From NCBI RefSeq assembly GCF_009914755.1, contig NC_060937.1: 64,000 nt of DNA; one strand, written 5' to 3'. The position numbers were made by a program, and so were the translations under genes. Under the pieces are notes generated by a model. It saw only the letters and a list, made by a program, of their open reading frames with translations. It was not told the origin of the DNA and ran no database searches. This document shows, piece after piece, positions 40,839-54,559 of the stretch (position 1 is its first letter; every line of letters begins with the position of its first letter). This stretch comes from the human T2T-CHM13v2.0 reference genome, Homo sapiens.

Positions 40839-43710
40839 GGAAATAATAAATGTTATATTCTTAAAAAATATAGTGATTAAAAATGATTCCTCGACAGTAA
40901 GAATTGTCTGTAATTTGGAAATTGTTTACTTTTGAAACTGATTTTATACTTTAAAATTTGTTTCTGTTATATAGAATACAATAGTGTAACAATTTGCCAT
41001 TTTTAATAAAATGTTTACTAAATTTTTATTGTAAGAACATAAAATATTTTATGTGAGATTATGCATTCCTATATACTTGTATATTTTTATGTTATTGAGA
41101 ATATATTTAAGATTCAATTATTGAGTTAAGTTTCATAATCAATATTTCCTAGTCTATGCAATTTTTGAAAATCAGAATACTTAGGAAATCAAAGTGTCAT
41201 ATTCCCACATTAACACAATTGTGTTAAGGTAAAACCTAAATTCATCCTCAAGTAATCGATATTATATTTGAATTCTTGGTTTCTATCTCCCCATCAGCAT
41301 AGTGTTTGACATGTTTTCTCCAAAATGGAAATGTTGAGTATTTATACTTTTCCTTATCCTTAATTTTATTATCTAATTGCTAATCTCAAATTATACTAAA
41401 AAAGCGAATCTGGACTACATGTGAGGGGAAAATCTGAAACTAACTGTTTAAATTAACTAAAAAATAGATCAGTTTTTAAGAATTAGTATTTCTCAATAAG
41501 TATAATAGCTATAGTGTATTGATAAGATAAACTTTATCTGTTGTGGTTTCATTTTATAAATAGTTGGAATTCTAGTGAGTGAAAAAGATCTAAACCTATC
41601 ATGAGAAAAAAAGTTGCTATTTGAAAATCAATAGCAATTCTGGTTGCAGATATATGGACAATTATGTGTAATTGTTTTAAAACATAAGACCTTTAGGATA
41701 CTCAGAATATAAAAGATTCATTATTTGATGTCCCCAAATCAGAATCCTCAGTCATTTCTGTCAGTGTGTTGGATTGGGTGCTGTGGGACTTTCAGTAAGA
41801 AAAGTTTTGCAATTACCTAGAATTATAATACCATTTTCTACAGCACACCATCCATTCTAAATGTCAAGTGAATCGTAGTAAGTTATTTTTATAGTGATCT
41901 AGAAGTTAAACTAACATAAGTCTTAGACTTTTTGTTAGTTTGCTTTGTCTGTTTGTTAGTGGCACTTTAGGCAGCATATATTAGCTGTAAAGGGGACTAA
42001 AGGTCATATTAAGACAAGAAGGCTTCTTTAGTAGATATTGCAATGTAAACACTGCAACCACGTTGCATCATTTACTTCCACATTATTATTATGAGTCCAC
42101 CATTTTAAATCTAGAGATTCAGCATGAAGACACAATTTGGCTTCTAGACATAAAAAATCTGTAAATAAATTTTAAAATCTCCTCCTATCTAGTCTGGCAA
42201 CCATTATGCTCTTGGGTACAAGATCATGTACCTCCTTCTGAGTTTTACTTTTCACTCTGGAAAAGAAGTTCTCTAGGATGACGTCGTGCAGTAGCTCACA
42301 GCATGCCTGGTGAAAGCTGCGTGCACAATATCATTTTCTCCACATATGGAGGGGAGATGCGTCACTTGTCACAGGCTATTGAAAGTAGTCAGCTTTCATC
42401 AGTGGATCCTGACAACACAGAAAGAATGATTCACCTGAAAGAAGCAGAGGGCATAGCATTTCAAAAGTGATCTCTAAAGACTGATTATTTCTTGTCCTTG
42501 ACACCCTGCCAAGGGCTAGATACATCGAACATTTGGGCTGTAATGGAGCCTACAAATCACTAGTTGCCTAGATTCTCCCTGGGCCTGCACGTGGATAGCA
42601 TGCTTGACTTTAGTTCAGTTTTTATTACATGTTGTAAACTTTTGACTGCTCTGATATGCCTTGTCATTGATGTGTCAAGATTGGACTCTGACAGGGTGTC
42701 TGACCTGATTGAAATCAAGAATGCTCTTTTGGATCTTGTGGAAAATAATGGGAAATTGTCTGTTGTAGGACCTTGGGCAATGGAATACGTTTCATAATCA
42801 TCTTCCTGAAAAAACAGGGACTTCTTTTAAGAACATTTTGGTAGGAGTAAACGGGGCTTTCCAAGTTTTCCTGGCCTGCAAAAGTTATAATTTAATCATA
42901 CATGATAAAAATTCAATAACTATAAAGTGCAAGTTATACATTTTCTTTTGAAAACGGCTAAATTTGCTGGTGAAAATGCATCTATCCAATATCTGCTGCT
43001 AAGTGGCATTTTGTTGTTGTTGTTTTACTGCAGTTAATGTAAATGGTTTCTTTCGTATACAGGAGAAATCACAAAAGACTTGTTATCAAATGAAAGATAA
43101 ACTCTGCCTTTGTTATTCTAGTGTTAAAAGTGCTCACTTGATGATATTCGAAAATCTTTTATGACCGCTTCATGAAATGCAGTTTTGAACAATAGAATCT
43201 CACCCGATAAGAACACTATCAATGATAACAGTGGTTTATCCCGTGGAGAAGGGATTGGGAATCAAACTGTTTTTTTCTTCTCCAAGGATATTTCCTGCTC
43301 ATAAATGCTGGCAAACAGGAAGATAAGGGTATTATTTTAGCCACAGTAAATCCTAATCGAGGCAGCAAAGTACTGGTGCGAGGGAGTAGTTCCAAAGCAT
43401 GCTTCAGGTTGATTCTATAATTTTTCCGTAGGATAGTGCCCACTTGTAGATTAAAAGATGCAGTCCATCACGGTCTGACAAAGTTGACATTTTGAAGAAG
43501 TAAATAATCATGCTCGCCTCTTGAGTTTAGAAATATTGCCAGAGCAAATAAAGACGACTTTCCCACTAGTATTTGAACTAAATGATAAATTCTAAAAACT
43601 TCTATGCAGAGACCTCTAAATACAGGCAGAAAAAAAATAATGGGTGTAAAATATCACTATATTCAAAACACATTCCTTTCCTCATGTTTCTTTTTCTTGC
43701 ATGTGTACAG

Positions 43711-44161
43711 TGTTAAAAACAAAAAATCAGAATCTGACCGGAAGGTAGCATAACCAGATTTTATTCAGAAAATAGTCCAATAGGTACCTCAGTACAGATC
43801 TAGGCTCAACTCTGAATATAACAAGAACAAGTATGGATTTATAGCCAAGGAGTGGGGAAGGGCATTGGTATACGAAACATTACTAATGAAAGACATGAAA
43901 AATAGGGAGATTCTTATTAAGCTGACCTAATTCAATTCTTGCTAAAGGCAGGCCAGGGTGATCTGATATCACATGAGGGATTGAGGAGGTGAGTAATTTG
44001 ATGAGATATGAAGGTTATCAGATATCAAGGGTGAAGAATTCTCTACAAACTTACTTAAGAAGGATGTTTACTAATCTTGGGCAATGCAGGCACCACGAGG
44101 ACAGGAAACAAGGTTAAGGCCTAGTCAAAAAAGAAGGCTCACTAAAGTTTGGCCTTTGTCA
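43711..44161 (-). mobile_element. MER31-like ERV1 solo LTR
   Basis: The reverse strand begins 'tgacaaaggccaaactttagtgagcc...ttgactaggcc'. TG...CA termini. Confidence 0.75.
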
Positions 44162-44409
44162 CTGGCTAAAGGTAAAAGAATATTCTTTATTAACATTAAG
44201 TTTAATATGCACATCAATTGTAACTTTTTCCTAAATTTTCTAATTTTCTTGTCATAAAGTATTACCCTGAAAATAATGGAAACTCACCATAATCTTCTGC
44301 CACATTTGGGCATCTTTCATGAAAATCTTGTACTATTTTTGGGAAGGCTAATATGATTTATCCAAATTATTATATATTTAATCTTTGCAGCATTTAAGAA
44401 TTTGGAGTA

Positions 44410-44640
44410 GTGATTTAGAGTTGGGCTTTAGAGTCTATTGTCAATGTTAGCCTTACTATTTCTTAGCTCTGTAAACTTGGCTATGTCCCTTACTTGTTCT
44501 CTTAATTTCAGTTTCTTAATATTTAACGTGAAGCTCATAATAATATCTATATTATAAAAATATTGTGGGATCACAGAAGATATATAAACTTCTTGGTACA
44601 GTATTTTCTCACTTTAAAGAGACTTAATTAGAGTTAACAA
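44410..44640 (+). mobile_element. MIR
   Basis: 'ttagctctgtaaacttggc...tttcagtttcttaatatttaacgtgaagctcataataatatctat'. Confidence 0.75.
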
Positions 44641-45490
44641 TATTCAAAAGTGAGGAAATTTGTTTAAATAGTTTTATTTGTTTGGAAAAGTAAGGTAAAC
44701 AAGGTTTCTAGAAGTGAATAAAACTCCTTAAAATTCTGGACTCTGGATCCTGACATTGCAAAGTGCCCTCTCTGTCAATTGTGGTTTGAAATCTGTTACT
44801 TACACTTGTGCAGCTTCTCAGAGTGATAAATTATTCAAAAACATACAATGTCTACGCTTACTTTAGGATTGAAGGAGGTAAAAAAAATAGGATATCTGAA
44901 TTTAAAAGAAAATAAATCAACTTTGGTTCAGAATAATAACTGGAACAATGTTTACAATTATTTATGGGAAAAAAGCAAAACATATAGTTGAAAAGAATCT
45001 ATTAGCTTAACTAGTAATCTACTTGTTCCTGTAAAAGACAAATATTAGGGGGTATATATGTGCGGTGTATGTGTTTTAGGGGCTTTTTATTGTGATTTTA
45101 ATTTACCCATGAAATTGAATTTCCTCATTTCCCTTGGGAGGCAGTTTGCTGCATAGTCTTGAATATTTCATTCAGAGATGTTCATCTGTCTCATTCAAAA
45201 AAGTTCACCTATACCCAGCTTCACTGTTTCTATTTTCAAATTTGAGTTGGTCTTTTTCTATTATAATCTATTGCCATAGCCTAAAATATATTTTTTCTGA
45301 ATTGGCAACCAGGTCTTATACTACAGCATGATGTAATTAGAAGATGAGAATCATATTAATTTAATACACATTTATAGTCAGTGACCCATGCTACCTTATT
45401 TTTAAAATTAGATCAAAAGATGCTAAATACCTACTGTCATTTTCCTGATTAATGTTTATCCAAAGTTCGTCTTCAATCTTAGAATGTTTA

Positions 45491-46120
<630 letters not shown>

Positions 46121-46915
46121 CAAAACTCTTGCAAAAAGGAAGAAACACTTTTTTTTAGGTTATTTGTTGATGACTTTTTCCAGCAGCATGATCCATTTGT
46201 GAAGGATTCCATAGAAAACGGACAAAAAATTACCCCCAGTATATTGCTGATTTTATTGTTATGTATATAAGAATATTCTCAAGATTTGGTAGAGGCAGAG
46301 GCATGGGTACAGAGGAGGAAAAAATGAAATTTATTCAGAATAGATGTTAGTGTTTGAAAAATGCTTAGACTTATTTCTTAATTTTACTGAAGAGCAAATT
46401 GGGAATCAAAAAAGTAAAGCTTCTTATTCAATTTCATTGTGGATCTTAAACAAGTTGCTTATTACTTTGCAAGCCCACACAAAGTTTCGTTTTGTTGTGT
46501 TTTAAAATTATTTCTGTTCTGCCTTGAGGTATAATGTATTACCAGCAGATTAAGATGACATGGAAGTCTTTATCTTCAGCTTTGATCGCTTCTATAGCTA
46601 TAAACCAATTGATCTAGTAATCTTCTAGATACATTAATGTCTTCACAAAATTATCTTAAATGTTTCACACAATATGTATTTTGTCTTTCACATTTTTAAC
46701 TTGTCATTTTCCTTTCCATCCACATGTGCTCCTCTACCATTTTCTGCCATCTTTGGTGAAAGTCAATATTACTCTTAGTTTTGGGGAGTCATTCCTTAAT
46801 TTCTCTTCTTCACCCTGACTTCTAATAAGTAAATAAATAGCAGCACAATCATCTGTTTACTTGTCTCCCACATTAGGCTGTATGTTCTTTGGGAAACAGG
46901 CTCAGTCTTATTCAC

Positions 46916-47393
46916 TGTGAGGGTTAGTTTTATGTGTCAGTTTGACTGGGCTAGGGTGTGCTCAGATTAAACATTATTTCTGGGTCTGTCTGGATGAGTG
47001 TATCCAGATGAGATTACCATTTGAATCAATGGACTCAGTAAAGTCCAGTATTCTTCTTACTATGGGTGGGTATCATCCAATCTATTGAGGGCCAGAATAG
47101 AACAAAAGGCAAAGGAAAGAGGAATTTTCTCCCTTTTCTCCTGCCTCACTGCATGTGCTGGAATATCTCATCTCATCTTCTCCTGGCCTCAGTTTGTGAT
47201 TTGTACCATCAGCTCCCCTGGTTCTTAGCTCTTTGGACTCAGACTGAATTACACTGTAGCCTTTTCTGGTTCTGCAGCTTGCAGAGGCAAATCATGAAAC
47301 CTCCCAGTCTCCAAAATCACAGGAGCCAACTCCTTATAATAAGTGTCCTTTTACCTACTGGTTCTGTGTCTCTGGAGAACCCCAACTAATACT
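46916..47393 (+). mobile_element. MLT2 (ERVL) solo LTR
   Basis: 'tgtgagggttagttttatgtgtcagtttgactgggc...tctggagaaccccaactaatac'. 5-bp TSD TTCAC/CTCAC. Confidence 0.9.
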
Positions 47394-47835
47394 CTCACCT
47401 TTGATACTCAGCATTTGCTAAGCTTTCTTGCACACAGTAAGAAAAAACACTAATGCATGTGAAGCAGAGGACAAAACCAGGATTTTGTTTGTTTGTTTTT
47501 TTGTTTCTGCTGCAGTAGCACTTCTATCCTACTTTCCAAACAAAAAATTGGAGCATGTGGTATGAGAGAATAAGTTCTTGCTCTACTTCAGGCCCTCCTC
47601 CAGTCTCCTCTGGCTATGCATTAGTTTTGTAACTGATTCTTTTGATGCTCATGGTGCCCACATTCATGTCCTGAACACTACTGCTTGAAATCAAATAAGA
47701 AAAATAAATCCCAATGAAACTTTTGAGGTTTTCATATTGCTATAGATGTATGCTGGAAGCACAAAGCATACCTATTCATCAACATAACTAAAAGATGGCA
47801 AATTGCCCTACCCTACTCAATAAATGTTTGGCGAG

Positions 47836-48249
47836 TGATATAGTTTGATCATGTGTCCCTGCCCAAATCTCATATTGAAATGTAATTCCCAATGTTAGAG
47901 GTGGGGCCTGGTAGAGGTGAATGGGCCATGGGGGTAGATTTCTCCTGAATAGTTTAGTACCATCCTCTTGATACCATCCTCACAATAGTGAGAGATGTCT
48001 AGGGAAATCTGATCCTTTAAAAGTTTGTGGCACCTCACTCCTCACTCTCTTGCTCCCACTTTTGCCATGTCATGTGCCTGTTCCCCCTTTTCCTTCCACC
48101 ATGATTGGAAGCTTCCTGAGGCCTTCCCAGAAGCAGACTTCTATGCTTCCTGTACAGCCTGCAGAATCATAAGCCAATTAAACCTCTCTTCTCATATATT
48201 ACCCTTTCTCATGAACTTCTTTATAGCAATGTGAGAGCAGACTAATACA
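47836..48249 (+). mobile_element. MST (MaLR) solo LTR
   Basis: 'tgatatagtttg...ccctgcccaaatctcatattgaaatgtaattcccaatgttagaggtggggcctgg'. TSD GCGAG/GTGAG. Confidence 0.92.
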
Positions 48250-48399
48250 GTGAGTAAATTTAACATCTATGAAGTGTGATCTTTCTAAGAAAGCAGAATT
48301 ATTTTGTTGAGCTAGAAAAGCAGGTAGTTTTCAGTGAGGTTTCCTCCCTTTAAATGCTGGCCTTAAACTGTGAGACTGCATGCTTTTTTTCCTAACTTC

Positions 48400-48555
48400 T
48401 CTGCATCTGTTTTCTTGTCGCTTAAATGGGAATGATAATAATACCTTCATTTGAGAGCTCTTTTGACCTCAAAAAATAAATGAGACAGTGCCTACATAGA
48501 GCTAGTATTTTGTTTTACACATCATAAGAGCAAAAATACATATGTTATTACTGTT
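48400..48555 (+). mobile_element. MIR fragment
   Basis: 'ctgttttcttgtcgcttaaatgggaatgataataatacct'. Confidence 0.65.
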
Positions 48556-48619
48556 TATTAAAACATAAATCTAGGCTATATTAACCTCCAATAAAATATT
48601 TTAATATTTCTAATATTTT

Positions 48620-49045
48620 TAGGGTCAAGTCCAATGCCCTTAATTTAGCATGCAAGGCCCTTGATGAGTCTCGTCTATTGCTTTAAGTTAACTTTAATTA
48701 AATATTCAATTTAATTAAATACTTCTAAACACAGAAGAGCAAATAAATAAACAAAATCTATGCCCAAGTCAGTATGCCATCTCCTTCCCAGATTCCTCCA
48801 CACATATTATTCCTCTGCACTTAAGGTGAGGAAACCTTTTTCAGACTCTTCTCCTGGAGTTAATTTCTATTTGCTGTTTAGTAATACCATTGTTGAAGGT
48901 GTTGCTCTCACACTTCCAATCTCATCTGGGGTCCCTTATGTTCACTGCTATGTCTCCAGCACCTAGAAAAGTACCGAGTACTTGATGGGGCTCAATGAAA
49001 TATTTGAATAAATGAACTACATTGAGTGAATGAATGAATGAATGA
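48620..49045 (+). mobile_element. L2 3' end
   Basis: 'gttcactgctatgtctccagcacctagaa...ctcaatgaaatatttgaat' and a terminal (TGAA)n. Confidence 0.8.
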
Positions 49046-51415
49046 ACTGCAGCATGCTCACATGTTTATTTCCCACATTTAACTGTATGTTCTTCGGTTG
49101 AACAGGCTCAATCTTACTTACTTTGAATACCTAGGGTTTGCTAAACCTTACTATACACTATAAAGCATTAATGCATATGAGGCTGTGAACAGAATTAGGA
49201 CTTTTGTTTTTGATGTAGTAACACATATGATTATTTCCAAACCAAAAAAAAATGAACATATAGTATGAGGAAATGTTTCAATGTGTTCATCTTCTATATT
49301 TCAGGGGAATAACATGTTACCCAAACTTAAATTACTCAAAGTTGAAAATTGTATCTTTCACTGATTTTTCAAACCTACTCCCTAAGCACAGATGTTTTGT
49401 ATACTGTAGACAGTGCTTAGTAAGCTCTCTGATATACACAGGAGTATAATTCTAACGAGCCTTCCAATTACCACCTCCATTAGAACTAGGACGATATACT
49501 GAAGAATGTTGTTACTATTATTTTGTATTCCCCTGTGTTAGTTTTTCTTAGCTCCCATCTATTTTATGTTCAAAGAGATTAGCAGCCAGATTTTTAAAAC
49601 TAAACAAGACTCAAGAGTATGTCTTAGAGAATAAAAGGCAAGAAGTTTCAACTTTTCCATGCCTCTTTTGACCTCATTTTGACGTAAACCAAGGAATATT
49701 TGAAATTAAAAAGACAGGACAAGTTATGAGAGACAGCAAGAAGATGAAGAAGAAGAAAGCGAAGAAGAAAGCAAAGAAGAAGAAAAAGATAAAAATTAGA
49801 AAAAAAATAAGAGTGCTCCATTGGTAACTGGCTGTCAACATTTACTTATTATTTACTTATTTATATTTTACAATTTGGACTCTCCCTTTTATACAGTTTG
49901 ATTTCTGTCTGTCTTCTAAAAGGAGGCTGGTATTTAGCTTGGGGGCAAATAACTCCTTTGATATTCAAAACTGCATTAATATATCTTTTTCTATGGCAAA
50001 CTTAGGCATATTGTCTAAGCATGTGGTACACTGACTGGAAGATAAAAGACACCAGATAAACAATTTTTTTGAATTAAACTAAAGAGTATGCTTTGGCTTA
50101 TCTTGCCCACTTTAGGTTATATATGTGTTGGCTGTATACAGCTGTAGTTGGAAAATTTATTAAATAATTTTTTCTACTTCATTCAGCTGTTGAGAAGATA
50201 AAGAAGCTAAAGGTAATATTTGGAGTGATTTAATTCATCCTTGATGTATAGTAATATCTTAAAGTTCTCATTACACTATTCAGCTATGATTAGTAATCAA
50301 TGCACATGTACTTGTTTTTATGTGTCCATTTAGATTCCTTTATGTGTACATTCATATGTGTGTATGTATTTTTATATACTCCAATAGCATGATTAATATG
50401 TATTTCTAAAATCACTGACAATTATTTCTTACTTTATTTTTTAGATTTAAATTTATATATTTTAAAACAATGTACATTATTATTGCACAATGCATAATGT
50501 ACATTATTATTGAATAATGTGCTTTTAGATAATTTTTAAAGTTATTTTAATCTTTTGATCTTCATGACTTTCAATATTTAAAAATCTATATTTAAAATGT
50601 GGGATTATCCCCTTGAGTCTATGAGAAAAAGCTCTTTCCAAAATTGAAGAATGTATATCATTTCTATCTAGAGCACTGGCACATGTGAATTTTACAGGAA
50701 AGAGGAAGATTAACTAGGAACACAGTACAATGTAAAGGAATCTGAGAAGCAGTAGGAGATGATACTTGACCTTTTAAGGCTTCTCAGGGGATTGAAGTTA
50801 AAGCAACTCCAGGTGGTCTTTGGAATCACTTGACATTTCCTGTAAGTGACGGGCCAAACAAGAAAAAGCCAGAAAAAGCCAGGGTTACAATAAAGTTCAA
50901 TTTCACCAATTTATTAAATATATTTATTTAAAGTATCTCTTTGGCTCCACAATTATTACTGCTGAAAATGCTTCCCTGTATTCATCACAAAAACCAATAT
51001 GGTGCTCCTGTTTATCAAGGCTCAACCTCATATCTTTTCCTTTCTATATCTTTCGTCTCAAGGCTCTCTCAGTCAATTCCAGAGATTCAGCAATTATCTC
51101 ACTGTTAATTACCTAATTCCATGTTTCCAGTCCTGATATTTGTCCTAGATCGAGACTCATATTTTTTATCACCTGCTTTATATTTGGTCTATTTGGATAG
51201 CCTATTACTACCCAAGGCTCATGTTACCATTTGTAAGGATGCATCTGCAGCTACTATTTGATGTGTTCTGTACATCACAGTGGATACAAAGAGAAAAAAA
51301 ATGATTGAGCCCTCTTTTTTTGAGAAGCTTGTGGCTTAAACAACAGGTCAACAAACTTTTCTTTAAAGGCCAATTAGACTCAATTCACAATAGAAGCCGA
51401 GAAAATGTTTCCCAG

Positions 51416-51836
51416 TGTGATGGTTAATACTGTCAACTTAATTGGATTGAAGGGTGCAAAGTATTGATCCTGGGTGTATTTGTGAGGATGCTGCCAAAGG
51501 AGATTAACATTTGAGTCAGTGGGCTGGGGAAGACAGGCTCACCCTTAATCTGCTAGGCATAATCTAATCAGCTACCAACAGATATAAAGCAGGCAGAAAA
51601 ACGTGAAAAGGTGAGACTGGCCTAGCCTCCCAGCCTGCATCTTTCTCCCCTGCTGCATTCTTCCTGCCCTCAAACATCAGACTCCAAGTGCTTCAGTTTT
51701 GAGACTTAGGCTGGCTCTCCTTGCTCCTCAAGCTTGCAGAGAGTCTATTATGGGACCTTGTGATTATGTAAATTAATACTTAGTAAACTCCCCCTTATAT
51801 ATAGTTCTGTCCCTCTAGGGAACCCTGACTAATACC
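51416..51836 (+). mobile_element. MLT2A (HERV-L) solo LTR
   Basis: 'tgtgatggttaatactgtcaacttaattggattgaagg...gttctgtccctctagggaaccctgactaatac'. Confidence 0.93.
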
Positions 51837-51930
51837 CCCGTATGCAGTGGTAGTAAACGGCTTTCCCACTTTGTGTCCATTTTGCGTCATCCACACACCC
51901 CTATTATACTACTCATCACATTTCCTTATA

Positions 51931-53106
51931 CAGTTATGTGTTACTGAACTACATTGACACCTTCTGAGAAATGCATTGTTAGGCAATTTTGTCAAACGAT
52001 CATCATAGAGTGTGCTTACACAAACCTAGATGGTGTAGCTTACTCCACACCTAGGCTGTATGTGTAGCCTTATACTCCTAGTCTAGTAACCCACACAGCA
52101 CGTTACTGTACCGAATACTGTAGTCAGCTGTAACACAATGATAAAAATTGGTGTATCTAAACATATCTAAACATAGAAAAAGCAAAATAAAATATGCTCT
52201 GAAAGATTAAAAAACTAGTACACCTGTATAGGGCACTTACCATGAATGAAGCTAAGAGGACTAGGAGCTGCTCTGGGCGAGCCAGTGAGTAAATGAGTGG
52301 TGAGTGAATGTGAAGGCCTGGCACATTACTGGAAACTACTGCAGACTTTATAGACACTACACATTTGGGCTACATTAAGTTTATTTTTAAAATTGTCTAT
52401 CTTCACTAATAAATTAACTTTAGCTTACTCTATAAACTTGATATTAGTTTAAAAATTTTTACTTTTTTTAAACTTTTTTACTCTTTTGTAATAACACTTA
52501 TCTTAAACCACAAACACATGGTATGGTTGTACAAACATATTTTCTTTCTTTTTATTCTATAAGCTTTAGCTTTTCTTTTTTTTTTTTTTGTCTTTTAAAA
52601 ATATTTTGTTAAAAACTAAGACACAAACACACATTTACTGTTTTCCACCTCCACATCTTGTCCCACTGAAAGGTCTTCAGGGGTATTAACACACATGGAG
52701 CTGCCGTGTCCTATGATAACAATGTCTTCTTCTGGATACCTCCTGAAGGACTTGCCAGAGGCTATTTTAGAGTTAACTTTTTTCATAAATAGAAGGAATA
52801 TACTTTAATGACAAAAGAGTAGTATAGTAAATGCATAAACCAGTAATATATTCTTTTATTATCATTATCAAGTATTGTGTACTATACATAATTGTATATG
52901 CTGTACTTTCATATGACTGGCAATACAGTAGATCTGTTTGCATCAGCATTACCACAAACACATGAGTAATTCATTGAGCCATGAAGTCACAACAGCTACG
53001 ACATCACTAGGCGATAAGAATATTTCAGCTTCATTATAATCTTATAGGAACACCATCATATATGCATTTGTCATTGATCACAATGCTTTTATGAAGCCCA
53101 TGACTG
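51931..53106. mobile_element. Tigger3b (MER7B-like) non-autonomous Tc1/mariner element
   Basis: TIR ends 'cagttatg...' and '...catgactg', flanked by TA dinucleotides. About 1.18 kb, with 'ttctgagaaatgcattgttaggc' and 'acacaaacctagatggt'. Confidence 0.9.
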
Positions 53107-53610
53107 TAATTGTTTCTTTATACCTGGAGTCAGTAAACGACATACTGCAGGCCCACTAATGAGCTGAGTGCTGAAGGATAAGTAGATCACAAATACTTTG
53201 AAAACATGAATTATTTTTACTTAAAAAAAAATCTGAAAATTTCTGATAAGGAAACTTCATTTCTAATCAAGGATATCACCACCCTCTGTGATTGTCAGGC
53301 TGGAAATGTTTGATTTTCTCTTATTCGAAAATTTACCTGAGTAGGTTGTCAAGGCATGTGATAGGGGCTGGTGTAAGCTCTGTACAATCAGAAATTTATA
53401 TAATGGGGGGCTTTATTTGAATTAAAGAATTCCAAATTACTCACACATAATTCAATACATGAGTTCAAGGAGAGTTGTGCAAGTGAGAGTCTGTAGCACA
53501 TGAGTTTTATGGTAAATTTCACATTCACATATATTCCTTTTTGCTTCTACCTCTTCCCTCTATAGTTCAGACCTCCATTATGCTTCACTTGGACATTTGC
53601 TCTAGCCTCT

Positions 53611-53705
53611 TATATTCATCTGCCAAGGTTCCTGTAACAAATTACCACAAACTGGGTTGCTTAAAATAACAGAATTTATTATCTCATAGTTTGGGAGACC
53701 AGAGG
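53611..53705 (-). mobile_element. MLT1 LTR fragment
   Basis: 'gtaacaaattaccacaaactgggttgcttaaaataacagaatttatt'. Confidence 0.75.
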
Positions 53706-54178
53706 TGTAATAAAGAAACATAGTATTCCTTTGATGCAGCAAATGACTTTGATATATTTCAGATATTTTAGGAGACAACAAATTGCAACCCAGAATGTAG
53801 ATATGCTCCTGCCATTTATCTACACTGTTATTCTTACCAAAGGCCATGATTTCTTTTCTTTTCTTCCAGATCTATAAGACTTTGAGATACCTGCCTGAAC
53901 ACGTCTGTGAAAAACTATGTTGAATCAAAAGGAACTGGTTGAATAGAAGCAGTTTCAATGGATCCTGCCTAACATTTAAACTTCCTCAGAGTGAAGTGTG
54001 ATTTTCAGTGCAGAATAGCAGGTGAGAAGATATCCCAGATAAGGAAGGAGCAAAGACACCTAATACCTCCTGTGTCCCCATGGCCAATTGACAAGCATTT
54101 GTTATTCCTTCACTATGAGCCAAAAAGGCTGATTAGGCTGAAGGAACTGTGTAGTCCCTCTGGTAAATTTTCTATATG

Positions 54179-54559
54179 TGTATTAGTCCATTTTGGTTAC
54201 TATAAGAGAGTATCATAAATTGGGTGGTTTGTAAACCACAGAAATTTATTTCTCACAGTTCTAGATGTTGGGAAGCCCAAGCAAGAGTAAGGCACTGACA
54301 GATTTCATGTTTGGTGACTGGCTTACAGATTGCCACATTTTTGCCCTTCCCTCACATGGTAGAAGCAGCAAGGGAGCTCTCTGAGGTCTCTTTTATAAGG
54401 GCACTAATTAGGTTTATGAGGGCTCCTCCTTCATGACCTAGTCACCTTCTCAAGCCCTCATCTTCTAGTAGCATCATATCAATGATTAAGATTTCAACAT
54501 ATAAAATCTGGTATGTTGTATAACAAAATTGATACAACACAAACATTCAGTCCACGGTA
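54179..54559 (-). mobile_element. MLT1A/MSTD-type MaLR solo LTR
   Basis: 'tgtattagtccattttgg...atttatttctcacagttctag...acaaacattcagtcc'. Confidence 0.88.
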
